Shown here: positions 40,080-51,600 of the stretch, piece by piece
Position numbering within the stretch: the first letter of the stretch is position 1
How the letters are laid out: every line of letters begins with the position of its first letter
Program-made: the position numbers and the translations under genes
From: Raillietiella orientalis
Taxonomy: Eukaryota
DNA length: 64,000 bases
Direction of reading: 5' to 3'
Assembly: GCA_036172245.1 (NCBI GenBank)
Contig: JAYWIR010000010.1
Span: forward strand, 1,302,001-1,366,000
Notes under the pieces: generated by a model
The model's database searches: none
What the model was told of the DNA's origin: nothing
The model's input: only the letters and a program-made list of their open reading frames with translations

Positions 40080-41310
40080 ATCTGGTTGGGCTGAATTTCT
40101 TCTTCTTACATGCGTTGCATAAATGCTGCTTGAAAAGTGGATGCAAGTGGCTACCATCCGCTGCCATATCCTTACCAGCTTCTTTTTGAAATTCCTATGT
40201 ATTGTAGAACGTTGTCGTTTTCAGGATCCAATGCCCCAATGGGCCGACAAGGATCGCCTGCACTTTAGTTGTTTTCCCAGTGTTTGCGAGTCGCATGGCG
40301 ACCCATCCTGGTATCTGGCTTCCTTTATTTTCCTAGATGTGGTGAATCCTCCTTTCCGTTTTCACAAGGGCAGGCGATGTCCAGCACACCTACTCGGCCG
40401 CTTTTCTCTAAAACCAGGTCTTAGAGTGGAAGTGGTTCCTGGCATTCTGCGATTGTTTGATACCAGAGTCCACTTGGCTTCATCCATTGCGGCCTTCTTG
40501 ATGATTTCCAGGATAGCATCATGGCGCTGCATCGTCAAAGGCGAGTGCTTTTTGCATCTGTTAAGCACATACGATAATGTTTCGTCCTCTGTTCCGCAAC
40601 GCCGACATGTCCTTTCATGAACCTTCTTCTTGGTCCAGAGTTTAGTAAAAGTTCAGTCTTGCCGCATGGATGAACCTTAGGCTTGGTGTCTTAAGTGGAT
40701 TCCGTTTGTATGGAAGAAGCTTGAAGACTGATGCATGCGTACACACTGCGTGACCTTTCCTTGACTAACGTGATTTTCAATAAGGGATTGCCATGTATGC
40801 TCTCGCTGCAGTGCTCTTACGCCGGAGGCGAGACGTCTTCTTGCGCTGCTGGTGAAGAGTATTCCTTCCACCGTGATACTGGATTCTTGTTGCCGAAACT
40901 CACAGCATGCCTTTTTTCGTCTAGAGGCCTCCCTTCCTTTCGACCAGAGGCTCTCAACATCTCTACCGGGTCTTGCGATCTTCTTGCCCATCATGAATTC
41001 CCAGAGATTTTCATCTGTCGGGGGCTTCTTGCATTCGTGTTTGCACGATTTCATGAGGGTTGTTCCTGCAAGTTTGCTTACTGCTTTGCCGACGTTAGCA
41101 GTTTGAAGCCGCTGTCCACGATGAAGGTATCGGACTCTTGAGCTAACTTCATTAGTCCTAGGCAGCCTTTCGTTCTTTCTCCGTACAAATACACGTTAGC
41201 TCCCCAGGGTGGTAAGTGAAGGGACTTCTTAATCTTCTTCCTTATTTGTTCGTCGAGAAGGGATTCCGCCAAAGTGAACTTTTGGTCTACCATCTGTAAC
41301 TTCCCAATTT
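40080..41310 (-). mobile_element. Degenerate RLE-type non-LTR element (thumb/linker, zinc knuckle, RLE)
   Basis: IKKSLHLP..GAN.YLYG....GCLGL...A.ESD...VDSGFKLLTS; SQGKV..CV; RFIHAARLN; CRRCG..DETLSYVLNRC.....QRHDAIL. Confidence 0.85.
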
Positions 41311-41314
41311 TCCC

Positions 41315-41820
41315 CTAAACGAAAGAAAGCCTGCACCCCGACCGTTCCATAAACTCTTGATACTCCCGCTTGCAAATCTTCCGGTGGGTTCCTCGGACAG
41401 GCCTTCGTCCGGTGGTAATAGTAGTGCCTTTTTGAGAATTACCTCCTACTGAAGTCAAAAACTTCAAGCAGCTGTTTATTATGAAGATGCCTGCTTCATC
41501 AGTCCTTCGAGTACAGACAGCCTCGTGAGACCCAAACAGTTCTGCTTTCTGTCTACGGAGATATCCTTTGGCTTCTCTGGATGGAAGGCGCAGTAGGCTC
41601 TTCGCCATCCTTTATCAACAAACTTCGAACAAGTTTCGGGATACGTCCCCAGCCTTTGGAAAAGCACCACACCAGAACGGGAAATCTGATCTTAGCCCAA
41701 AGGCTGAGAAGCGATTCTCGGCTGTGCAGCTGCAGCCTCCTGAAGGAACGCTTGGAATGTGTGCACCTTTCAGCAGAAGCTATAAAAGTCCTGTAAAAGT
41801 TCCTAAAATGCAAATATTAT
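41315..41820 (-). mobile_element. Further diverged RLE-type non-LTR fragment (thumb region)
   Basis: KSLLRLPSREAKGYL...DEAGIFIINSCLKFLTS parallels the same region in the adjacent element. Confidence 0.6.
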
Positions 41821-44492
41821 TCACTTTTTAATTCATAATCGGAGAAGCCGCTGTATTCGATGCAGGTGCTTCTTCCGATCCAAGTCGAAGAGAGAGGGTA
41901 GGTGCACCCGGCTTGGGAACACACACACAATCAGGGACTGTCCAAGCGGAAGCGAATCGACGAAGCGAATCGCAAAGTGAACAACCACTGTCCATCGTGA
42001 CCAAGTCGTCCGCGCCGATGGAACTGAGGTGTCCAGTCTCTCGTAGGATGGAGCCGCTTCGTTACTCCTTTCATCATGACCAATTGCAAAGACGATCAAA
42101 GAACAGGCACAGGAGTGGGACCATCCTCTTGCACAAATGACAGCTCTACATTCCAAAATCTATGCACTCGAAGGTGAACGGACTTTTCCGCGCAGTGCGT
42201 ATTCGAGCCGACGACTTTTGGAACAGCACGCGCCTTCGCTGTAGACGGCGGTGCCTCTCTTCATGGCAAGCGTCAAGGCACAAGGAAAAAAATTCTGATC
42301 ACAAAGTTGCACATGTCTCAAACATGCGTTCCCGTGCAAGCAAACACGAATGAATATTTTCAAACAGGTGTGTGTGCAGACGATTTCTTTTTTAAGAAGG
42401 TCATATTTCAGTTTCGGTCGACGATCCCCTCCCAAAGAACGTCATGATGACAGATGTTTCGTTGTTCTTGGGCTTACGAGTAATCACCACCTCTGTTTGT
42501 GCCACAAATTCCGTTCTGATGGTGCGTCGCGATAGCTACGCCTCTGTCGGTCAGCACGAGAAAGCTGTAACCTCCAGGAATTCTATTAGAAGTTCTGAAA
42601 ATACTCATTATTATTAAGAAGGAACTCCAAGACTTGCACTGTTATTGCTTGATGAGCGGAGCGCAAGGGACCGCAGCTGGCGAGCAGATGCTCTTTGTGA
42701 GCTTCCGTGTTATTGACAACGTGGAAGTGCGTCAACCTGCGGGTCGTTGCAGGAACAAAGAAGGTTCTTCACCACTGGCACGAGCCCACGAGCGCTTTCG
42801 CCTTGAATTTTCCCGCTAAACTCCGGTCGCTGCAACAGGAAGATCCGAAATTTAGGAGTCAGCGTCGATCTTTTCCGCTTTTCCGTCTGAGATCGCGAGC
42901 CCTCGCACTTCTCAGAGACGACGAAGCGGTTTCCCCTGAGCCTGCCTTGCGGTGGACTTCTCGGTCCCGATCCGAGGTGTGCGTGCTGGATGCAGAAGAA
43001 AGCTGTTGCTACCCACTCCGTGCATCTCTGTGCACGGCAGATTTTCCCCTGTTTGCGTCTGAAGCTTATCAGTACAGGCAGAGTTGGATGCAACAGTCGT
43101 TCCAAGCTGGGTGCAATCTGGTTTCTTTCGCGTTTGCAAAGGGAGATCAGCATCTCCACGAATCCCATCAAGCATCTGTGAGCGTTTCCTCCACTTGTGC
43201 CTTTTCCATCCCGGAAGTCAAGTAAAGAAAAAGCAGCAGTGGGAAAGCTCATCACTCGACTGTTTTTTTTTTTTTTCCCATCACTCGTTCTCTTTTCCCT
43301 CATTAGCATCGTCTTGAAACACAGAAGATGCCTCTATTTTCCAACCTTCCCGAAAGATGGACCCACAGTTCTTTCAGACGAACGGTTAACCAACTCGTCT
43401 GTCCCCATGTCTTTCAGAAGCTTTGACGGGAGCTGGAATCCCTGTCTCGAAAAAAATGCATCTCATGGATTCCTTCCTTTCCCTGCAAACTCGCAGGGAC
43501 CGGCCTTTTCCGGTGAACCCATCGGCATGACCAAAGCGTGTGCGGTGGAGGTTCAGACCAGCTCCTCTTGCCCCTGCCTCCCCACCAAGCTGCCACCCTT
43601 TCCTTTTGCAAGGTGATGCAGAGAGGGCATGGGTCAAGAGCAACAATGTGCTTCTCGCTAAGCGCCGCAGCCTGCAGGATCACCTTTTCCGGATAACCGA
43701 ACGCGCGCGTGCGTCGCCGTTTCGTCCGTTCCCAGCGCTGGACTCGGCGGGAGGAAGCGACTGTTCACCGTCGCCACAGCACGTCGATTTTTTCTTCCTC
43801 CGTATCCAGGAAGCGGGAAGCATTTGTGAAGCAAACTGCTCGAGGGAACGTTGAACCTTTTTTTTTCTGAGGCAAAGAAATCCTTGGTGGCTCTGGGGTA
43901 AACGATGGACGATTCGCAAGCTACTCCCTAAGCGCCGGGCAAGGAAGGGAGACGGGAGCACGAGGATTCGGCTCTTCCGTTCGATGAAAGTTCCGACGAC
44001 GACGAGGTAACCCCCGGGGAGCCGCTTTTTCTGCTCCTTTTTCGTCGAGGACGACGCTCCTCTCTCTCGGCAGGGAGAGCTGTGTGCCCCAGTTTCCTCT
44101 CGCCCCTCGGGGCAGGGAGCCACCTGGAAGGGTGCGCTCGAGCGAAAGGGACTGCGGCAGCAGTTGAGGGTTGACGCGCCATTTCCCTTGCTTCCTCCCT
44201 TCCCACGGGGGGGACGAGGAGGAGCGAGAGAGGGCAGCGACCTTGGGGCGTTTCCTTCTCGCGTTCGTCGGCTGAGGAAGGTGGAGACGCCAGCTCTGTG
44301 CACGGATACATCGAGGGGCGGACCCGCGTTGGCTCCTTCTGTGAGGCTGCACCAAGCGACGGCTCTCGTAGCCCGATTTTCCCGGAGGATCGCCGCTGCC
44401 TCGGGATCGCCCACGTCTTGGGATTCTCTTCCGGGATCTCACGGACCTCCTGGATGATTCTCAGAGCCAGGGGTGAGGATGGCTCACGGGTC

Positions 44493-44721
44493 TCTGGGCG
44501 GGAGCAAGTGACGATCCTGCGGCAACTCGCAAGCAGCAACCCCGTGGGCGAAGTAGCAGAGGACAGAAGGGGAGTCCCCGGCGGCTCCCGGAGTGAGAGA
44601 AAAGTGACGCCTGCCGAGAAGTGGTACCCGAGAGAACGGAGAAGAGGTCCTCGAGGAGGAGGAGGAAGAGAGGAGAGAGGGAGAAGTCTTTCCTCCTGGA
44701 TGCGAGAGGAGCAAGCTCGAC
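44493..44721 (+). repeat. ~230 bp purine-rich direct repeat, copy 1 (downstream of GDA)
   Basis: Aligns by eye with 47263-47502 (gatcctgcggcaact.gcaagcagcaacccc...gagtgagagaaaagtgacgcctg...ctggatgcgagaggagc), with scattered mismatches and small indels. Confidence 0.85.
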
Positions 44722-45693
44722 CCCCATGTTTTCCCGGGCTCTTTTCATTTTTATTTCTTTTTTTTAAGAGATAATACGAGCAAGGAGAAGGAGGCAACGG
44801 GGGAAGCAGGCTGCCCCACTGGCACTGGAAGTGTCGATTTTCTGTACGATTTGGGATGGACACTCTATGGTCCGCTCATCTCTTGCGCGACCGCAGGGTT
44901 TCGTTTGGGAGATGGACGAAACTCTATTCGATGGCCTCCAGGGGCAGAGAGAGGGAGGAAAGTCCGCTGTCCTTATCTGGAGCCACAGTCTCCGAGTTGG
45001 TGAACCGCTCCGGGAAGAAGCCTCCACGCAATCGCAGCAGAGGGAGAAAAAGACGCCTCGAGGCGTAAACTCCTCCCTATGACGGGGCCTTCCCTGCGCC
45101 CGCCCTTCACCCGTGCCTGAATGCGGCCTCCCTTTCGGCGCCAAACTGCCGCCCGAACCGGGCGATCGGACGCCCCACAAGCAGGTCCACCCGCCTGGAA
45201 GGACTCCTCCAGGAGGCGGACCTTCGGACACCTCTCGGTTGTGAGGTTTAGTCCAAGGCGGGCATCGGAGATCCAAGCACCTCGGGGGGCATCTGATCTG
45301 CCGAAGTCTCGCCAGGAAGAGTCCCTTCTTGGGCAACCCCAGAGAATCTTTTCCTTTGAGACAGACGTCATCTTTCCTTCCTGCAACCCTCCACGGATAA
45401 GCGACGCCGGCGCTGTTGCCGGCCTCGGGAGACGAGCTGCCTTCATAGAACAGAAGAAAGGAAGTCGGAGTTTGCTGTGACCTCCCCGAGAGCCTGGAGC
45501 GCGCCGTGCTGAAGCATTCTGCTGCCGAGGCCAGGGGGACGCCCTCGAGCTGGAGGAAGGGGGGGAGCACCCGGGAGAACTGCCTGCTGCAGCCATGCGG
45601 CGGAAGGTCCCCGCTCGGGAGTCCCGAATGCGGAAAGAGGGAGGAAAACCTTCCTCCCGCCAGTCACGAGGGAAGGCACCCCGAGGACCTTCG

Positions 45694-48600
45694 TCACAGG
45701 CGCCGCTTCCCGGCCACGTATACGCGGACGATGTTCCTGTCGTCTCCCAGGTAGAGAAAGCGCTGGAGGTCGTCCAGGATTCCGGATCCGAGAGCACCAT
45801 CGGTCTTGCGAATGCGCCCCGCGCTGGTGTCCACCATGAGGGCGTCAAAGTCCTTGCTCGGTAGGAAGTTCCCGATATGGTCGCCAAGCCCCAGGGCTGA
45901 AATGGCGGCACCGCAGGAGGTCGATTGCCCCGGGAGGGAGCCTCACCTTCCGCTCCTCCCAGAGTTGCCAGGTAAAACGCCTCGCTCCACATGATCGGGA
46001 GGAAGTCCTGATTGCTGGTCAGGGACAGGATTTTGGAGGTCTGCACGGCCTGGCGCATGCTGTCCAGAATGCAGGGGTCGTACCCTCCGGATATGTCTGG
46101 AAGGCAGGGTCGGGAGAGAGGCTTCCGTCCGGAAAGGTAGTCGCAGGAGAGAGCGCTCCACTCCCTTCCACTCCTTAAGAGCAGTGGGCTGGCCCTCCCT
46201 CGGTCAGGGTGCGGGAAGGAGCAAGGAGAAGCAAGCTTCCTCGGGGGCTGGGCCAAGCTGCTGCAGGACCAACTCTTCAGGGAGAATCGAGCGAGGTCGG
46301 AAACGAAGCTCTCCCTGGCCGATACTCCCTCTTCCTGAATTCCGGCAGGAGAGCAGCCCGCCCTGGAAACTTCCTAGTTTCCTCGCCCGCCGCCCGGTGG
46401 GGGATGGCGAGAAAGGAGTCAGAAGCGCGGCTGAGCCCTTCCCCCGTCTCCTTCCCTGTAGGCAACCAAGGGCAGACGCACCTGTTCCCAAGCCGACTTT
46501 GACGCCGGCGTCCAGCAGCCTCCGGAGGTTGCAAAGGCCGCTCCCCAAGGAGATGTTGGAGTTGGGGCAGTGCGCCACCGACGACCCCTTGGCCTTCAGG
46601 ACGAAGATCTCCTCGTCGCTGAGGTACACGCCATGGGCCAGCACCGTCTGTGAGGAGCAGGTTGAGGAAGGAGTGAGGGATGAAGCAATCGACCCCCACC
46701 CGCACCCTGACAGACCTTGGGGGTCAGCAATCCGTTGGAGTCGTACGAGTCCACGTAGTTGGAGTATTCTGGGTCCAGTTCCTTCACCAGCTCCACCTCG
46801 TCCCTCGTTTCGCTGACGTGGCTCTTTTCGGAAGATAAATGGTGACCAGGGGCTGCCCTTTCGCTCTCTCCCATTCCCACCCCTTAGCTCCTCTCCCTAT
46901 CTACCTGCACGTGAGTATCGTAGGCGCGGGCGAGGTTCCCCAACCCCTTCAGCAGGCGCCGGTCGCAGCTCACGGTGAACCTCGGAGTGATGACTGGCCG
47001 CACCAGCTGGAACTGGGGAAGAGAGAAGACAACAGTAGAGCTAGAGTCGTCGTCATCGTCATCATCAACAGCAGCAGAAGAAGCAGAAGACACAAGAGAT
47101 CAGGGAAGGAAAGAAGCATAGTAGGAGAAATTTCCCACGGCAGAACCAAAGGGGGACCTTCTGATCACGGAGGAGGTTTTCTCGTACAGTAACCAGAAGA
47201 TCGAGAGTTCCGAGAGGATAGCCCCTCCCGTCTCCTCGCGGCCCACAGAGCCCCCGGGGGACCCTGAGCGGGAGCATGTGGCGATCCTGCGGCAACTTGC
47301 AAGCAGCAACCCCGCGGGAGAAGTAGCAGAGGACAGAGGGGGAGTCCCCTGGTGGCCTCCAGAGTGAGAGAAAAGTGACGCCTGTCGAAAAGAGAGGTAC
47401 CCGTGATCCCGAGAGAACGAAGAAGAGGTCCTCGAGGAAGAGGACGAGAAGAGAAGAAGGGGAGAAGTCCTTTCTTCTGGATGCGAGAGGAGCGAGCCCG
47501 ACACACTGTCCCTTCCCTAGCGCCCGATGCTCACCTGTCGTGAGAGGACCTCCTCCAGAAACCTCTCGCAGTCGGACAGGGCCGCGTCCGTGGTCTCTAC
47601 GTAGTAGTCTGGGGCCATCCTGTTCATGGACACCTTCCCGATCAGTGCCCTCTGCCCTTTTCGTTCGGCGACCTCGCACAGTAGCAGCGTCGACTCGACG
47701 TCGAGAGTGGCAAAGTAGCAGGCCGTTGTGGTTCCTCCAGAGAGCGTCTGGCCCTGGACAAGGAAGGGTGGGTTGTCCAGGAAAAGAACGAGTAGTAGGA
47801 GGAGGAGGGAGGTTCACCGGAACCATCCTAAAGGGGGAGTTCTTCTCCCAGGAAGACGGGAGGAAGGAGCAGGAGGGAGAAACTGGAGCCTTCTCCTCCT
47901 CCCTCCATCTTCCCGAGATAGCGTCAGCAAGAGCAGGAGGACCCTCCCAGCAGCCTTCTCGGCTTGACATCAGCAGTCAAGTCCTCCTTCCTCCACCTGA
48001 CCGAAACTCGCGCGCCCTCCTAGCCACACTGACCACCACGGTGTCGTAGACTGGGGAGGCAAACTCGAGGTCCTTGAACTTCGCCTCCAGCGGAAAGGTG
48101 TACTTTTTCAGCCACTCCAGGAGGGGAATGTCGAGTCCCAGGGCGCAGTTGGGGTACTGGGGCGCATGGAGGTGGCAGTCGACGAAACCGGGAATGCAGA
48201 ACTGGCTGGAGAATAGAAGAGTCGGCAGCATCGTTGGGAGGGGGGAAGGGTGCGAGAACCAACCCTCTTCCCTCTGGACGAGATACCTCGCTTCCATGTG
48301 CACCGTGGTGACCCGGGAGTGGTCGTCATCGTCGTCGATAAGCAGAAGCCCGTGCTCTTCCTCTGCCGCGGGCAGCTCGGAACGGGGGCACAGGAACGAG
48401 ACCTGGGAAAGACCGGTGAAGGGGCGAGCGCAGACTCTTCCAGTATCCCCACATGAAGGGGGCGGGGAGGTGAGTGCGGTGCATGGTGCGAGCAGGCTAA
48501 GGCAGGCGGGTATAGCCTTGACTTCTGGGAAGGGAGGGGGGGGGGGTCGGAGCGAGAGAGGACTGCTGGACGGATGGGCGGGAGAAGTGGGAAGGGGGGA

Positions 48601-51600
48601 TCGGCGGCGCGAGATTGTTCGCGGCGGTGGAGAGACGGGTGCTTGTGGAGGAACAAAAGGAGGGGAGGAGGGAGTCTCTTCTCGTAGACGCCGCAAGAGA
48701 AGCAATCGCGTTTTGAGATCACTCGGAAGAAAGGATTTTTTGGAGGGGGAGGTCTAGTTCGACGTGGTTGCACTTGACGATGCTGTTCGTGCTTTTGGAC
48801 AGCTGCGTCAGCAACGGCGCGACTCACTGCGGAAAAACTGCTTCCCCAGCGACCTCTGCTGCCTGCTGTTGCTGTTGATGCACGGCTGGACTCAACTCAG
48901 CCTCGTTCTCTGGCTACCACGCAGCATGGAAGGCCGCTGAGAGAAGCAGAAGTCGGCGCTCCTCTTGGCGGCTACCAGGAACCGAAAGGATCGCGAAGAC
49001 CGAAAGGGCCTCCCGCAGCCGGTATGACGATTCTGCGGCTGCTTCGTGGTGTCGCCACCATCGCCATAAGATTTGCGCATCGTGCTCTTGGCTCGCACGA
49101 CTGGAAGAAAACGCCTGGAAGATGAGCATCGTCATCGCTGCTACACCTTCGAAGTCGCGAGTTGCTGAACGTCCCACAGAGACTTTTTAAACGCGAGCTG
49201 CAGATCCGATGTGACCGTGCTCCAGCTGCACGTTCCTAGGAAAACCCCAGGAGGCGCGGCGAAACGCCTGGTGCAACAGCAGCCGAGCTTTTCTCCTTTT
49301 TCCTTTTAGAATAACACGTGCAGCGTGGTGCTTTCCATCCTGTGCTTCTCATCTCCTTCTCCCCCTCCCCTCAAGTTCGGCTCAGCAGGTCACCTCGGGC
49401 GCCACGCTGCGTGAGCTTTCTGGTGGAACCGAGAGGTGGGGAGTGAGGTGAAGGCGAGCAGGGCTCTCCCATTTTCCCGTCCCAGGATTCGCTTTCGGAA
49501 CTGCTTCTTTGCGCCAACCGTATCGTTTTGACTACCGCACTTTGCGTGCTCCTTCATCCTCCTCCTGTCTTCCGGAGCAGCACGCCTTCACGTCATCGGT
49601 ACGGTTGTAGTCCCGGCATTCCCCAAGCTCGGCACACCACTTCTCGACGGGGAGCGACCGGATGAGGCAGTCAGTGTGCAGGACGAGGCCGTCCCAGATC
49701 GGGTGCAGATCTGGGTGAGATGCTCTCCACCTCCCGAGCAAACGGATCCAGCAGCAGCCACAGCAAAGCGGGTTTCCTCTCGCAAAGCTCGTCACTCTTC
49801 CGGAAGCGATGCAGGCGTTCTCTCAAAGTACCAGGAATTTTTCTCCTGCACTCTTCCTGGGCGGGGCAAAACATCACTTGAGCTGATTCCCTTGAACTGA
49901 TTTTTGTACCTTCTTATCTCGGGATGAGCACCTTTTGAGGAGGAAGAACGAAAATGCGCACGCGTCTCGTCTGCGTAGCAACTGATTAGCTTTCGCAACG
50001 GGTCGCGGGCCGTTTAAGAAACGTGCCTGACCACGGCTTCACGCGCGGCGAGTGACCATCTCGTCGCGGGTAAAGTTGTGGCCGCAGCATGGTGGCCAAT
50101 CTTTTCACCACAAATAGGCTAGTCTTTTTTTGGTTATGTGAATGCCCTCTGATCCCACCGGTCTAGCTATAAAGTCGGTCATCCTACTAAAGTTCCCATC
50201 TCTGACGATAGACTCGCACGAAAATGGATGAATAAAATACAAACGGGGCAAACCACTGGAAATCTTGTGCTCTGGAACCTAATCTAAATCTGAAACATGA
50301 TGAGAAAAAAATAATCCCAATTCACTGTGCATGCTTATGGTACTGATCATCCTAGTCCAGAATCCGCGAGCCCAAAAAGCAGGAAGGTAATCTTCTTACT
50401 CGAGCTGTGGGGATGGAAAAACGAAAGAGAGAGCAAAACAAGCTCCCTTTTAAAAACAATAATCAAATCCTCAAGACAGGAAGCAAAACATTTGGATAGG
50501 GAAAAAAGGAAAAGACTTGGAACTCCAAATATAACCTTTGTGAAGTTACACCCAATTTCAGAAAGTCCCATGACCTGCACAAAAAAAGACTCTTAAAAAA
50601 AAAAAAAAAAACAGCATACAGAAGAAAAAAGAACCCAAGGATTTCCATTCTCCTAGGCCAATAGTAACGATCTCCTCGTGGGGGTCGCTACTGGCCTTAA
50701 GAAGAAGAAGAAGAAAAACAAGATTCAGCGGTCGACAGGTTCCCGATGCCTAGATACTAGGGAACAAGATTTCCAGTGGCCTCCCCCCGTTTCTGTTAGC
50801 TAAATCCAGGTCTTATAGAATGGATTTTCAATTCTTTGTTCGATTTTTACCAAATTACAGAATGAGATGTGGAAGCATAATATTCTACGTGCTTCCAGAG
50901 TTTTCAAACTGCAGAAGCACATTATTCTCCCTCCTCCTCTGCAAAATAATCATCATTCTCAAGCCATCCAAACAGTTTAAATCGGATCATATTACTGATT
51001 TGTACTGCACATTGAGTCTGATGAGACGAGCGATTCAATGCCATCACCACATGGTGTTTTATCGTAACTCTACAAAATAAACATGCTCATCTTATCAACT
51101 GCTACAGTTGCTTTCATCCCTGCTTGCACTTCACATAAACAGCATCAATAAACCATATCTGTGCAAATGATGGGCGTGTTATAGTAGCACGGTGGAAACT
51201 GCCACCCACCCTGCTACTATAACACGCTACATAGATGCCGATGCGAGAATGATTCATTGAGTGATCATTCACTGCACTAGTTTGGGTACTGGGTCCTTTG
51301 ACCTTCTAAATGATGAAAGAATCAGATCGAAAGTCCCTCACAGGCATGGACAACCCTTTCTCGGCAACAGAGATCAGGAAAAGAAAATAATTTCTGTGAA
51401 TGATAACAGCAGAAAGACGAAGTTATCAAATTCTGCGACTTTTGTTCTAAAAAGGCAATGGTCAACATGATTCCATTTCGACTATTTATGGACTAGGTCT
51501 ATGAGAAAAAAAAAAAAAAAGAACTGCAAAAATCTCAGTCCCTCAACTCTGCAATCAAAGATAGCCCCACCAAATCGTTTCTCGGCCCTTTGGCTTAGCT

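Noticed and set aside
49550..50000. Possible CR1/L2-like LINE 3' remnant on the minus strand
   Set aside because: Similarity too weak and fragmented to call.
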